Counted from the stretch's first letter, positions 25,006 to 39,135 are shown. The stretch is DNA of 64,000 bases from Chiloscyllium plagiosum (GCF_004010195.1 NC_057718.1:98903794-98967793), one strand, 5' to 3'. The notes: generated by a model from the letters alone, not told the origin. Translations and numbers: made by a program.

Positions 25006-26048
25006 CCAAGAGGCCATGGAATGAAGAGAAAGTGATAATTGTCTCTCTTCTTGAGGGTAATTAGGGACAGACAACAAAGTGGATTTGGCCAGTGACGTCA
25101 CATCTCAAATAAAGAATTTTAACCAAATTATTTTCTTTATAAGGAACACTAGAAAACTACAGGAAGCTATTAGCCCAATTATATCATTTCAATTAGCAAC
25201 ACATTTTGGAACATTAACATCCTGTTTTTTCTCAGCCTGCTTTGCTGCAGCCAGTTTCCAGCTTATTATTGCAATAGCTGCTGATGAGGTTGCCATGTGG
25301 TCCAGTTAATGGCAATTTATTCCAACCAGTTTCTAGTGAACAGAATGCTGATGATTCATATGACATATACACAAATGTCTGTTCTGCACTGATCAGTGGA
25401 ATCTACATAATACGTTGCGTTTTGAGGAGTGTTTTACCATAAATGCACAATGCTAATGTGCAGCAATGATCGACTGTTCAAGGGTATAAATCAAATTGTT
25501 AAGTAAATGCAGGCCCAAATAAATTAAAAATTTAACTGTTAACTGCTCAGAAAACTTTGCTGATTGGAATGTGCTCCTCAGTTTCAGGGTGTGACTTTAC
25601 AATGTCAAACTTTTTAACTTTATTGGTAACAAAAAACATCTGGTGAATGATGCATGCATTCAAGTGTAGTGCTAGCGGACTTTCTTACAGAACAAAATAA
25701 TATATTTATAAATATTGTGAAAATGCACCTAAGCTTTTCAAACACCCCACTCCCAGAGACACCATTTCATCTAATTTAATAAGACAATACAAAATGATGT
25801 ACATATGCAACATCGGTTGTGTCACATGCCCTGCCCAAGAACCAGTGAATGTTAATCCTGGAGCTGTTAATCAAACATGCCAAATTCAAAGTGTGCAGCA
25901 CTCTCACAAACAATAATTCTTATTCAGGCTGCAATGTTGTGATAGCAAAAATCATGAAACTTGCTAATGCAGGGCTGAACAAATTCCAGGATAACAACAT
26001 GCAGTCAATTCAATCAACAGAGACATCTTCACCAGACAACATTTTGTA

Positions 26049-26251
26049 CAGGCAGTCCCTGGGTTGTGAACAGGTCCCCTTCTGGAGTCCAGTCACAAGT
26101 TGAATTGAATGCAAGTTGGAACACTGCACAGGATGATGTAAAGAAGCCATTCATAAGTACAGGAAATGTCCATATGTTGGTTCTTTGAAATTACAACCAC
26201 ATATGGAAATCATGTTTGTAAGTCAGACATTCATAAATCGGGGAACCCCTG
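26049..26251. mobile_element. pogo/Tigger-type MITE
   Basis: TA|CAGGCAGTCCCTGGGTTGTGAAC ... TTCATAAATCGGGGAACCCCTG|TA: imperfect TIRs with TA duplication. Confidence 0.7.
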
Positions 26252-26619
26252 TAGATCTGAGTTTATTAAAGTGCCTCCATAACAACATGACAAGTAGCGC
26301 AGCATCATTATTGAAGGTGCATTCTGATTGGTTCATAGTTAGGCACATCAATTGGCCACATTGTCAAAAACATACAGGAACTACATTTTTAAAAAAATCA
26401 TGACTGTGTTGTTTCAAAATCTGGGCAACAAAGTTAATTCTAGCTCAATGCATTTCTCCACCATCCAGTGAGGAAACTCAATCTCATCATTTTCTTCATG
26501 GCTTCGTATCCACTGTAGTATATTCTAGAAGAGAGAAAAGCTAATGGAAGATCCATAATAATGATATAGCCAATGACAGATTCTCTGCTTATTTCTCCAA
26601 ACCTTGTGGCTTCTTAGTT

Positions 26620-27500
26620 GCTCACTGGGGCTCCACATTTTTAATTTTCATTTCTCTGACATCTTTTATTCACTTTCTCCCTCTTGGGTCTCCATCCATA
26701 CAAACAGCTTCTTCAGTATGTGTTCATGCCTGACGATATGATCAATCTGAAAGATATTCACTAATAAGCTTTCCTCCATTCAACCATTCTGACAACTTGT
26801 TCATTGCTCTCATGGTCCCTCCAACTAATGTGCTCCATCTTTCACCAGAACCACAGGTCACAATTTTCTAGTCTCTGAATGTCTGCTTTTCTCAATTTCC
26901 AGGTTTCAGCTCTGTATAAGGCAAGCCAAATCACAGACTTGATCATTCTTCTTTTCTTAGGATTTCTATCATTCCATACTGAGCAATTCTTTATATTTAG
27001 TGGATGCAGTTTGTCAGTGCTATTTTAGAGCGTTTCTTTATGGCTGTGATCATCTTCTGACAAGATGTTTCCCAAGTATTTAAATTGTGACAGATGGGTC
27101 CAGATGTTGACCATTTATCGTGAGCTATGTTTTCCCACCATTGGTTGCTCCAATCTTCATAACTGTTGTACTTCAACAATAATTTTCCTTTTGTCACTTC
27201 TTTAATTTGATCTATTAGCACCCGTATTTCCTCTGCTGCTCTGGTTACCAGAGTCTGCACATCTGCAAATCTCATTATCTTTACCAACTGACCTACTTTG
27301 ACACCTTTCTGTACTGCATCTAGTGCGCCTTCTTAATCATGGGTTCTGCAAAGATATCAAAAAGCAATAGTGTCGGGAGGGAGCCTTATCTCAGCCCGTG
27401 CCCAATTTTATCAGATCCATTTTCACCAAATGCTGTCCTGATTGGAGCAATCAGTTCCATGTGCAAAGCCACAATTGCTCTTTCATCTTTTCAGTCAACT
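26620..27500 (-). mobile_element. RTE-clade LINE relic (RT and C-terminal region)
   Basis: LLFDIFAEPMIK / GVKVGQLVKIMRFADVQ / KSVIWLALYRAETWKLRKADIQRLENCDLWFW*KMEHISWRDHESNEQV, typical RTE motifs. Confidence 0.75.
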
Positions 27501-29035
27501 CTGATCACAGCTTTTGCTAAGTAATACAGGAAATGAATTCAGGTGTTTTACGGGATCTGAGTGTATTCTAATAGAATACCAATCAGTAACAATAGATGAT
27601 CTGATCCTGCATCTCATTGCTGCCTGTGGGTCCTTGTTGTTGGATGCTATGTTTCCCTTACAACACTGATTACATTTCTAAGATAATTCTTTGGCTATGA
27701 AGCATTTGGAAATATCTTGAGATGAGGTGAATGAAAGGCACTATTTAAATGGATACACTCTCTTATTTAACACTGCTGGACTTTCAGAACAAAAAGACCG
27801 CATTTTACATGTTCCGACAGCAGAACAAGTCTTAACATTTTCTTCCAATTGTGCAAACTGAGGCATTAAGTCCTTTGTTCATAATTACAAACCACTTGTT
27901 TACCCATGTAGTTTTTCTCCCACAGTAATCTTTTCAGAAATGGATATGTTTAAGGACAAAACTATCCAGTTTTAAATAACAGTGGTCAACAATAGATTAA
28001 AGGGATATACTGTTGTACTTTTGATTTGAAGTTTGTACACACACTCACGAGTGTTATCCTACTCAAGTAAGTACCTGAGTCATCTTATGATGACAGGGGA
28101 TGTCAGAATACGCTCTCTGTTTGATGACTATCTATTACTTTTACAGAAATTAGTTCTGGAGATATGAAACTTTGAACTTTTTTTTCCAAAAAAGACAATA
28201 ACTACCAATTGTTCAAACATTACGGAAATTTTATTGCAATACAATTAACTAACTGTCAGATATTCCTACTTATGATCAGGTCTCAGTTATCATGTTTCAG
28301 AGGTATTTTTACATTCATGAAACATTATATGATAATCTATTACATATTTACTTAATATAACCCTCAACTAAAACTCATACTGCTTACCAATTAGTAAATG
28401 AGTCAGATTTTAGAATACACTGTTCATATACTTGTTCACAAGACTAGTGGACTATTTTAACCAAATGTTTGAATTTGAGTCAACGATCACAGGTATATTA
28501 TTTTTAAATATACAAAATGGATCCATAAGCCCATCAAACATAAGTGACAGAAGAATAAAATTTTATCCAATGTGGGCTAGGCACCAACTTAACTCCAGAA
28601 GAGAAGTCAACCTGATTAGTTCTTGCCAACATTCAGTACCATCATCTCCAATCTCATCTCTTTCTCTCTGCAGCTTCTCACTTATGCAAATCCTGATGGA
28701 CCAAGCCTAGTTTGCTGCTTAGTCTCGAATTCCGTATTCAAGCTAATACCAAACTGTCTATTTCCACCTCTGACCCTGTCTCACTCGAATCCTGCTGAAA
28801 ATCTCAATTCATCCCTTGCTGCCTCAAGTCTTTTCTATTCAATCCACTCCTCATCAAACTTCCAAATTCCCAACAAACATATCCTGAAACTTATCCAACG
28901 GTCTACACCCACATTCTCTTGCGCCTTGAATCCCACTCCACTAACTTCAATGACTCATTTATCAGACATCAAATTCAAAATCTTTGACCTCTTCTACATT
29001 TTCCTTACAGATTAAACTCATTTATGAACAAGGAG

Positions 29036-29041
29036 TTTATT
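29036..29041 (-). terminator. Candidate MKKS 3' poly(A) signal
   Basis: First AATAAA I noticed on the minus strand after the stop, about 810 nt downstream; another lies at 28230-28235. Confidence 0.3.
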
Positions 29042-29851
29042 TTCAACTGTCGGCTATAGAGGTCTTCAATAAAAAACAAGACTGCTAAGCACTTTAAACG
29101 AAAATCAATGTAAATCAAAGTCAAGTCTTCAATGGAATGTTATATTAGCAAACCAACAACGTAAAAATTCAACAAGAATAACTATATGCTGAAAGCTATA
29201 TATATTTCCTAATGAAACAAATGTGTATACGTTAGATGTTTGTTATTAATATACATAAGGGACCAATGGATAGCATTAATATCTCCTACATCGAAAAAAA
29301 AATGTAGCATCTTGAGCTCAACTGTATTGTTTTAGGGATAAAACTATACTGTTTCTTTGTGTCTGTAGATTCTTGACTGCAACATCTCTGAAATGTAAAA
29401 GTGGGCAGAGACCAGTTACATACACTGTGCATTCCCTCTTTGACCAGCTTGTATTTTTCAGTGTTACATCCAACATTTCCTCTCCCAGTAGTAAAATACT
29501 ACGCCTGTGCCTTGTATGGTTCACTGGAGAAGAAATCAAACTAATATCCTTCCACAAATTTGCTCTGTGAGTCAGTACTTTAACATGGAGAATTAATACA
29601 TTAACACACAGCATGACCATGCGATGCAAGTCCTGATTTCTGTAAGCAAAATTGTCTGAGAAAAATTATTATAGAAGACAATGCTACAAAACATTTGGCT
29701 TTAGTTCAAAATAATACATACCTGAAATGTTATCAGAACATCTTTCTAGGTGTCATGGCAAATAATACTAAATATGCCTGTGACCTTAAGTTGGAAGTTA
29801 TATTTATAGGTCTTGTGCTGGCATGGGCTGGAATTTCAGAGTTCCAGAAGT

Positions 29852-30292
29852 TTAATTCTGGTCCTGAATAACATACCGTAAATCAACAATTAAATTTGCT
29901 GTTTCTACAGCTACATGCAAAGCATTAAGTTTCACTGAGTAAGAGTCCAATACTAATTGATCCGGGAAATACCCACTGGGTCTCTCAAGGGGCAATTCTA
30001 GGCTCACTATTTCCGCCCTATTACCTAAAACAATCCAGTTTAGATTTGGTTCTGCTGTGTATAAACCACAAGCACATCTAGAAAATACTTCTGACCAGTC
30101 TGTGTGCAGAGGCATCTTGGGCAGAACTGACCAACGATGGGAATACTTAGTATCAACAAAGTTCTCACCACCATCATGTTCCAGTGAAGAGGCAGTACGC
30201 TGCAATGAGCGGCAGAAACTGTCAGCAACAATTCCATATTCAGATCGAGAGCAGCCCAACTCCGCTAACTTATCATCAGTCACAGTTTGGCT
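29852..30292 (-). CDS. MKKS: MKKS last coding exon (441 nt including stop)
   Basis: Acceptor ctcttttcacag|AGC, phase 0. Encodes SQTVTDDKLAELGC...SLEHDGGE...CACGLY...LDSYSVKLNALHVAVETANLIVDLRYVIQDQN*. Confidence 0.95.
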   Translation of the reverse strand, partial: SQTVTDDKLAELGCSRSEYGIVADSFCRSLQRTASSLEHDGGENFVDTKYSHRWSVLPKMPLHTDWSEVFSRCACGLYTAEPNLNWIVLGNRAEIVSLELPLERPSGYFPDQLVLDSYSVKLNALHVAVETANLIVDLRYVIQDQN

Positions 30293-30402
30293 CTGTGAAA
30301 AGAGTTCAGCTTAGAAAATGCTCCACAATTTTCAATCACCAGCATGTTCAAACATGCAATTTTTTAACTAGTGAAAATTAACTAGGTTTCACCATTATTT
30401 AA

Positions 30403-30740
30403 TGGAATGGCACAGTGGCAGGCACGCGGCCTCACAGTATCAGGGACCCAGGTTCAATTCCACCCTCAGGTGGCTTCTGTGTGGAGTTTGCACATTCTCC
30501 CGGTGTCTGCGTGGGTGTCCTCTGGGTGTTCCAGTTTTTTCTCCCACAGTCCAACGTTGTGCACGTTAGGTGGATTGGCCATGGAAATTTACCCATAGTG
30601 CCCAGGGCTGTGTAGTGTGGATTAGCCATAGGAATTGCAGGGTTATAGGGATGGGGTGGGTTTGTGTGGGATGCTCTTTGGCCAGTCAGTGTGGACTCGA
30701 TGAGCTGAATTGCCTGCATCCACACTGTAGGGATTCAATG
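30403..30740 (+). mobile_element. HE1-type SINE (older copy) in the last MKKS intron
   Basis: Same head and V-domain as 3681-3995. Confidence 0.8.
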
Positions 30741-32961
30741 ATACTTTTATGATATATACCAGATTAAAGTAAGTGTATTGCTTGTTTTCATAGATGATCA
30801 CAACTTCAATGGCAGCAAATTTACCACACTAGTGAGCAAAACACCTAAATTTTCAGATTATAAAAATTTGTGTGAACATACTTCTATTACATCATTTTAC
30901 AATCTGCTCTGCTAAAATTATAAAACAAGGTAAAACTCAACATAAATAATTTAGACCAATTTTGATTGAATTTTACCCAAACGTACAGAAAAGATAGACG
31001 TTATCAACAAATCAAGTGGAAAGAATCCAGCTTCAAATCCATAAATATGGCTTTCAGCAATTCTAGTTTGTACTTCTTATTATCTATATCTGGTCAAAAT
31101 AATAACGAATTGGATAAAAATATTGCAAAGAAATCTGATAAAGGGTTCAAAAGATGTTCAATCCTGTGAGGGAAGTTTGAATGTTTTGTCATCTGAATCA
31201 TGAGATCAAATTATTTTCTTTACACCCCCTTTGTTATTTTTGAATTGAGTTCATGTTTCTTTTGTTTCTGTTTTCATTTATTTTTCCCTTGGTGGCAGGT
31301 ATCATGGAACATACTGACAACCAAACTGGCCCATGCAGCTAATGTGCAATGATAGCCATATTAAAGCATTCAAGTTGTAAGACAAGCAATTTTTCCATTA
31401 CTTCATGTATATATTAAATCTGCACACATGGGGAGTCAAGGCCAATTTTATGCTTTCAGATCAAGTTAGAGTGACTAGTACAATGCTGGGAATGAAATGC
31501 AGACAGAAGAAAAGGAAAAATGTGTGAGGTGGACAGACAGTGTTAAGAATAATTGATGGAGAGCTGAGGGAAGAGAGGTAGGACAGATGGGTGTTGGAGA
31601 GGGTAAAACTGAGGGAGGAAAACGGGAATAGAAGATGAGTCGGAGCAGAGAGGAAGAAGGGCAGCATATTTTATGTGAGGAGATAATGGAATATTGGTCT
31701 ACACTAATGCGCAGGGCACACAAATACAAATCACACTATGGCTGCGTGGAATTCAGAGTCAGTATTAAGTAAATTTAGAACTGAAAGCTTGACTCATTGA
31801 AGATGTTATGATTATGATGGGAGAAGTACTGTGTCTTTAGTCCTGAAGTACTGAGTTTAGTCCCAATACTCCATGGGCTGCAACATAAATTTAACTGGCT
31901 TACCTTGTTTGTGATATGGCCAATTGTATGTTTTTCTATATTAGGCTTAGAACAACAAAATTCAACAGATTTATTTCTAAAAACGCAAATTTAAAAAAAA
32001 TAATAGAACTTATCAAATGAAGGTGTAAAACTGGTTTATGATATCACAATATAAATGTTAATCCCTCTAAACAATCTAAAACACACACACACAAACATAC
32101 ACTGGGTAAAGACCAGGAGTGGGGGGGGATCATATTCTACCTACAGGGATTCACTATTGGCAGAAAACACTCTCGGTCAATAAGTCATAGTTCTGAAGGC
32201 AAAAAAAAAGGACAAAGCTTAAGATTTTCAGGCAGCTATCAGATGGCACATGTAGATGGATGTCACCAAATGTAAGCAGTTGGGATTTTGGCAGATGCAC
32301 CTTGTTAAGGAAACAGGGAAGTCTTCCAGACACTCTCAAGGTGTCAACAGAATTCAGACTGGATTCTTCATAAAGATGCTTCAAAAGCAGACAATGAGAG
32401 CTTAGCTGCTTGTTCATTTGCAGGCTTCTCCAGCTGGAAACCAAACTATCTTCACGCCTGCAAAACACTATGTCAACAGGACAGCTAGAAAACCTATTGG
32501 TGAAAATAGTGAGGTGTTTTTACTGGTATGAGTTCAAACAACCAATATTAACAAGATCTAGAAGCATGTGGTTTCCAAGAAATGCTTTGCTAAAAAGACT
32601 ATCCTTTCAATGTCCTCTTCAAAGAAAAAGCCTAGATAACTCCACAATCTTTGAAAATCAAATCCACAAAAATTATTAAATATGAAGCTTAAACAACAAT
32701 GATGACTGTTAGACTATTATCAATTGGTGTTAAAAACCCATCTGGTTCACTAATGTTCTTTAGAGACAAAATCTGCCATCCTTTTCTGATCTTGTCCTGT
32801 ATGTGATTCCAGATTCACATAACATAACTGACTCTTAAATGCCCTCTGAAGTGGTCTGACAAACTATCAGTTCACGGGCGATTCGAGATGGGCAACAAAT
32901 GCTGGCCTTTTGTTGCCCATCTCGGATAATGAAAAAAAGGGCTGCAATAGAAGAAAGGTCA

Positions 32962-33415
32962 GTTGGAGGATTTGAGCTACAGCGAGAGGTTGAATAGGCT
33001 AGGGCTGTTTTCCCTGGAGCATCGGAGGCTGAGGGGTGACCTTATAGAGGTTTATAAAATCATGAGGGGCATGGATAGGTTAAATAGACAAAGTTTTTTC
33101 CCTGGGGTCGGGGAGTCCAGAACTAGAGGGCAAGGGTTTAAGGTGAGAAAGGAAAGATATTAAAGAGACCTAAGGGGCAACTTTTACACGCAGAGGGTGG
33201 TACGTGTATGGAATGAGCTGCCAGAGGAAGTGGTGGAGGCTAGTACAACTGCAGCATTTAAAAGGCATCTGGATGGGTATATGAATAGGAAGAGTTTGGA
33301 GGGCTATGGGCCAGGTACTGGCAGGTGGGACGAGATTAGGTTGGGATATCTGATCGGCATGGATGAGTTGAACCGAAGGGTCTGTTTCTGTGCTGTACAT
33401 CTCTATGACTCTATA
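32962..33415 (+). mobile_element. CR1 3' fragment
   Basis: ORFs 32963-33424. Confidence 0.9.
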
Positions 33416-34292
33416 ACAGAGTAGAAAAAATTGGATGTAATCACTGTGAAGAGAGAAGGGGAAAGTAAGAAATGGAGAGCATAGAACAGGAATGGAAGGA
33501 AAGAAAGAAGGGAAGGAAAGGTTGAAATAGAATAGCACAAAGGGGCAGAGGAGGGGCTGCTGTTCATTTGGAATGGACAAAGTGCCTAATACTATGGCTC
33601 AGTGATGGCCTTGTTTAGTCCATCATGTAGTATCAAGTGATGCTTGATTTTCCCATAATATTGCACTTTTAGCATTCTGTACAGGTGCAGTATTTTTCAA
33701 TCTTGTGGTATTTTATTGTTTTCATACATTGTTGATATATTGGCATATGATTCATTTTGTAGCAAATGAGAAGTCAACATCAAATATGTATGATGAAGCA
33801 AATAGCAAGGCAGGTAAGCATTTTTCACAAATTTTGAGGCAATACATTCTGTTCCACAATTGTAAATTGTTCATTGATTCATGTTATTAATTTTATTCAA
33901 ACAACAGAAGTTACAATTATTATGGCAACGAAGCAATTACATTCTATGGAACACAAGGCTCTTTGCAGCACTGACTGAAGAATTGGGAATTGGAAAAGCA
34001 AGATGCTGCAGTGCCACCATTGATGGGAAAGTATAATTACAAAAGTGACAAGTTTATTTCGATAGATTCAATTCTAACTGTGGATGGTAGAATTTATAAT
34101 CAAGGAAAATGGACATAGTAAGTGCATTTAAGTATTTATTTGGTATAGTTTTTTTCCCCAGTATGTCATTTTGTCTCATAAGAACGCAGCCAAAGGTTTT
34201 TAATTGCATTCATTGCAAGTTCTCACATTAAAATTTCTATGGATTAACTGAAAAAGTGCAATTTTTGAAGATCTGACCAATAAAGTACACAC

Positions 34293-34403
34293 CTTATGTC
34301 CAACATAAGTAGCGAGATGGAATTCAGTACACCCTCCTCCCAGTACAGCTAAAGGCTCTTTGAGTGTAAGTCGCATCACATGTTCTGCAGATTGACAGAC
34401 AAG
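34293..34403 (-). CDS. MKKS: MKKS coding exon 3 (111 nt)
   Basis: Acceptor gttgtag|CTT, donor AAG|GTGTGT. Encodes [37 protein letters not shown], with the chaperonin GGG motif. Confidence 0.95.
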
Positions 34404-37400
34404 CTACAACATGCAGATACATAAAATTAACAAAGAATGCATGCAAGTTGAAGTGGAAAATTCTGACACAACTGGCATTTTCATTGCCAATATATTCAGT
34501 GGCATATGTTTGTAGGAAAAATAACATTAAAATGAGAGATAACAATTCAAATATTATTTGCAAGTATACATTTTCTAATTAAAGGACTATAGATGCATGA
34601 AAATATACATTTGGTGCACATTTTAAATGGAAATATTTCTATGGAATGAGAAGAGATAATTTTGAACTGTGTGCTGCATTCTGTTTTACCTGTTATTTCT
34701 CTTAGATTTTACTGTTACAAAATCATTATTATTGCATACAAGTTGGTTTTAGAAAGTTCTGAAAATCAATTTATTTCACAGATGAACACAATAAATTAGA
34801 CATCTTACAAATCAAAAATCTCTCAAACCTTTTACGATGCAACTGCAAAGGATAACCAGCAATAATAGTCTCTCCTTCCCAGAATTTACTTCATAAAATC
34901 AGCAAAAGAACAAGTTTTCTGCATGAAATTAAGTGATACATAGGGTGCTTGCGCTGGCGTTAGCACAGCCTTTCTTTATAACAAAACAGTACAACTTATT
35001 TTTGTGTCTCTATAGTACAAATGAGCTTGCAAACCTGCAACAGAAATTTGCTTGTGAGTGAACTTTCAAGAAAAGACGATTGTTAAAAGAAGACCCTTTA
35101 ATGTTAAATCTCTCCACAGAATTTTAAGATAGAACTTCAAGCTTCCTTTAAGAATGAATTCCCAAAAGCTATTCCCTTGAATTTGGTGGTAGCTTTTTTC
35201 ACAAGTTAACTATGCAGAATGAGAAAACCTTTCTTGAATTCCAGTTTTGTAAAAGTTTTATAATGTGAAAGCAATTCTCTTATCCTAGTAAAATTAAAAT
35301 TAAAACTTCATTTGCTCTTCTTTAAAATGAAAAAAAAAATTCCTAGCTCCAATCCTTGATAATCTTTGTCCTCTTATCTTGTCTTCATAGTTCAATGATT
35401 CAAAATGTCAATGTATCGCCTGGTCCTTTCTAATGCATCAATGCCTCTTTGAAGTTCTGGTGACAAACATGGAGTACAATAATTTAATCACTGTGCTGTA
35501 CAGTGCTAAATAAACCTCCTTAGAATTTTATGATTTTATCAATATAGTTAAACATTCACACTTTAGATGTTTTCAAAGTTTACAGTCTGTGAGCAATTTC
35601 AATTTCTTGTATGCTTCCAACATCATGAAACTTTTTACCACCTAAATTGTAATTGAATTTCCTTTCTGACTAAAAACAGGGCTTTACAACAATGAATGCT
35701 AAACACCAACTGCTGATTATTAGCCCATGTAATGAGTGCTTCTGGATCCCTTTGAATATCTGACTCTACTAAGCATTCTGCTGTCGCACACTTGTCTGTG
35801 TCATCAGTAAATTTACAAATTTTACTTCTAATCCTCTAATCTAGCTCATTTGTAGTCTGTGAAAAGTAGAGATCTAATGACTGGGTCAGTGGCATTGTCC
35901 ACTAGACATCTCCCAGTTCAAATAATACACATTTATAATTACTCTGAGTTTCCTGTTGTCTAACCAGTTTTTCATTCACTAATTCCACAAGTCCTTAGGA
36001 CCCTTTATCAAATAGCTTTTGAAAACCAAGAAGCTTAATTTCATGGGACGCCACAGACTCCAAAGGGGCCACATAGATTTGTGAGAGACTTAACATAAAG
36101 GCTTGCAGGCAACTATACCCCTGAGAGATTATCTTGTTTTCCAGAACACTTATTGTGAGTCTTAAACCCTATTGAGTAACCTCCAATAGAAGAATTAAAA
36201 GTTATATTTATAACTTCAACCCTGACAGGAATTCTTTACAATCATAATCTACCATTTTTTGTCAAATATTTTAGAATCACAGCTAAAAAGATCTTTCTTG
36301 AAGGGCTAACATCAGGTAACAGACCCCTCACATCTACTAAAATATACAGTTTTAGAGCTCAAAGACCTAATATACACAGGAAGATTGTGTTTTTTAGTTA
36401 ACAATCTGCAAGTTAAATTGCTAGAATGATGATATTTTGATAATTTTCATATACCCACTGGACAAACCACGAGAATTTATCTCTGCCAATTGTAAACTGG
36501 TGGGTACAGGATAGAAAAGAATATTAATTCTTTCTAAGAGTCGAGAAATCTATCATTAACTAAATTAATTTTGCAATCTTGCTTCTTTACTATAATTCCT
36601 TTGTGGCAAAGTGTGATCTGTTTTGTCGAGCATGCTTTACTCTGTTCAGCTAAAAGTGTCAAAGTAATAAAAATAACTTGAAACAGTTAGCAATCAATGC
36701 AATAATTTTATGCAGTTCTATTCTTTGATGCTTGGATGATTTTTAATAGGACAAGGAAACAAATGACTGGAACAACTGTAGGCCTAGCAGTCTTGCTTGA
36801 ATTCATTGCTTAAGCAATGTCCTGGAATTCTCCCATTAATGGTTTTATGAACCTTGGTGATTTTTTTGCCTCAATCCACATCCAATCAAAACATTTGTTT
36901 GACATACTAACCATTAGTTTAATAAAGAGAAGGCACCTTCAAGCTTAGTACAAAAAAATACAAAAAGGATTTCGTCAGAAAATCATTTTTAAATTTCAAA
37001 CTGTTAAACCAATGAACTTAGTCACTAAACTTTACATTGATATACAAGCTGAAACAGATAAATCACCATACTGAATTTTCTTTCACAATGATCAGAGCAT
37101 CAAATGATGAGACAGTATGTACAAAGTAACCATAGGGTTACATAGGCGCTACATAAATGATGACAAGTACTATTTTCAATGGCAGTGTCTTATATTGCTT
37201 AAAATAGCTATTATTAGAAGGATGTAATCTTTGCCTAGGTGACCTATTGGAAAGAAACAAAACTACTTGCAATGGTCACCTTTCTTAACGACTGAACATC
37301 ACGAAGTGCTTTACAGTGGTGAAATACAAATAGTCTTGAAGTTTGTCTGCTTACAGGAATTTAATGCTGAACATTCCAATTTTCTTTTTTAGGTCAAATG

Positions 37401-37629
37401 TCCTGCTTCAGCTTTTGCTGCTGTTTTATTCCAAATTGTGGTCACAGCCTCAATAGTTTTTTTTACATAATTAAGAAAACAGCTTCAAATAAATTGTGAT
37501 TCTGATGCAGTTGCCATTTACATGTTTTGTGATACATGTTGCTTTGAAAGATAATGAAAAATCACTACTTTAGAGTTAAAAGATGAAACACTCAATACAA
37601 AAATACAACATGCAGACCATTTAACTTAC

Positions 37630-37811
37630 CTTTAGCTCATTCACTCCAGCTTCACTTCGATTACATAGTAACAAACTACACACAGGCTTATTCTCATTTG
37701 GGATCAGATGCAGGAATTGCTTGAAACCAAACTTCACAATGTGCAGGTTCTTAATAATGCCATAGCAGTTAGGGAGAATAGGATGATAATATGAACTAAT
37801 GGATTGTGCAC
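37630..37811 (-). CDS. MKKS: MKKS coding exon 2 (182 nt)
   Basis: Acceptor ttttcatttactag|GT, donor AAG|GTAAGT. Encodes (G)AQSISSYYHPILPNCYGIIKNLHIVKFGFKQFLHLIPNENKPVCSLLLCNRSEAGVNELK; phase 1 in, phase 0 out. Confidence 0.95.
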
Positions 37812-38474
37812 CTAGTAAATGAAAAATGGCCAAAAATTACAAAACAGCAACATTATAAAGAAGCAGAGTAAACCATGAGATAAATGCATTTAGATTTGTA
37901 AAAATTCAACAACATTCCATTACAAATTAATATTTCAGATACTGCAGCACATCAATAAAAATCATTGAATCAAACATAAACTAATGGAACATGAATTAAA
38001 CATGAGCTATTACATGCTCAAGTGTAAAGCTTTGATGGTCAAACAACTGAAGAATAAACAAGCAATTTACCAGAGCAAGTGTGCTATTAAACATTCATTA
38101 AAAAAACAAAGAATCTCTTAATAATATTACAATTCAAACACAGAATCTTACAGCACAGTGGAAGACATTCATCCCATAATGTCTGTGCCATCTCTTTAAA
38201 ATTAAATTCTCTCTTTATACTAGTAGATTTGCAGTATTTATTCAGCAGATAAGAATGAAAAGTAAATATATTTGTAATATTGGTTGCAGAAAAACCTTTT
38301 GAAATGTTATAATATTATCAATTTATTTGTGATTCTGATGTACCTGCCATTATAAGTTTTGCAATATATTCTACTGTCCTGAATGATAGGTAAGAAAATT
38401 TGTTGTACTGTACTAAGAGGATGGAGCACCCATCAGGAAAATCATATTACTCTGGCATAGAGATCACTTAACCA

Positions 38475-38591
38475 CCTTAGTTAATTCACTCCAGCTTGAC
38501 TTTGACTTCACAGAAGCAAAGTACAAGTGTACTTGTTCTCTTTTGGAATCACATGCAAAAACTGCTGGAAACCAAACTTCACAACACACAG
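38475..38591 (-). pseudogene. Decayed partial duplicate of MKKS coding exon 2
   Basis: Translates LCVVKFGFQQFLHVIPKENKYTCTLLL*SQSQAGVN*LR versus the real LHIVKFGFKQFLHLIPNENKPVCSLLLCNRSEAGVNELK; 25/39 identical, two stops. Confidence 0.9.
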
Positions 38592-38599
38592 GGGTTGTA

Positions 38600-39135
38600 G
38601 ACTAATGTGGATTGAGAATTAATGTGGATGACAAACAGAAAACAAAGTAGGAATAAACAGGTCATTCTCAAGACAATAGGATTTTACTACGAGGCTGCCA
38701 CAAGGAGTAGTGCCAGGGGCGTAGCTCTCCACAATTAACATAAATGATTTGCATGTCGGGATCAATTATAATATTTCCAAATTTGCCAAAGCCACAAAAC
38801 TGGGTTGAAGTGTAAGTCTGAGGAAAATCCAAGTAGGTTTGAAGCAGACTTGGCCAGGTTAGATGAATGGACAAGAATATGGCGGATGGAATCTAATGTG
38901 GATAAGTATTAAGTTATCCACTTTGGCAGAAAAAAAAATGGAAACTTTGAATATTTCCTAAATTGGGAGTGCTTTGGAACTGTTCAAAGGAATATGGGTG
39001 AACTTGTTGTGAATCACTAAAAGCTAGTAGGTAGGTACTACATTCACTGAGAAAGGCAAATAGTATGTTGGTTTGTGAGAGAATTTGAGAATAGAAGGTG
39101 TCTTACTGCAACTGTATGGGGCCTTGGTGAGACCA
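38600..39135 (+). mobile_element. Old CR1-like RT fragment abutting the pseudo-exon
   Basis: Decayed RT-region sequence (...tccaaatttgcc..., gttatccactttggcag, gggccttggtgagacc). Confidence 0.6.

Noticed and set aside
1..26000. SNAP25 3' exons, expected from mammalian synteny
   Set aside because: I found no SNAP25-like coding sequence; probably outside the window.
30293..30311. Acceptor ctaag| at 30310 for the last MKKS exon
   Set aside because: Puts the exon out of frame with an early TGA; the acceptor at 30293 keeps the frame.
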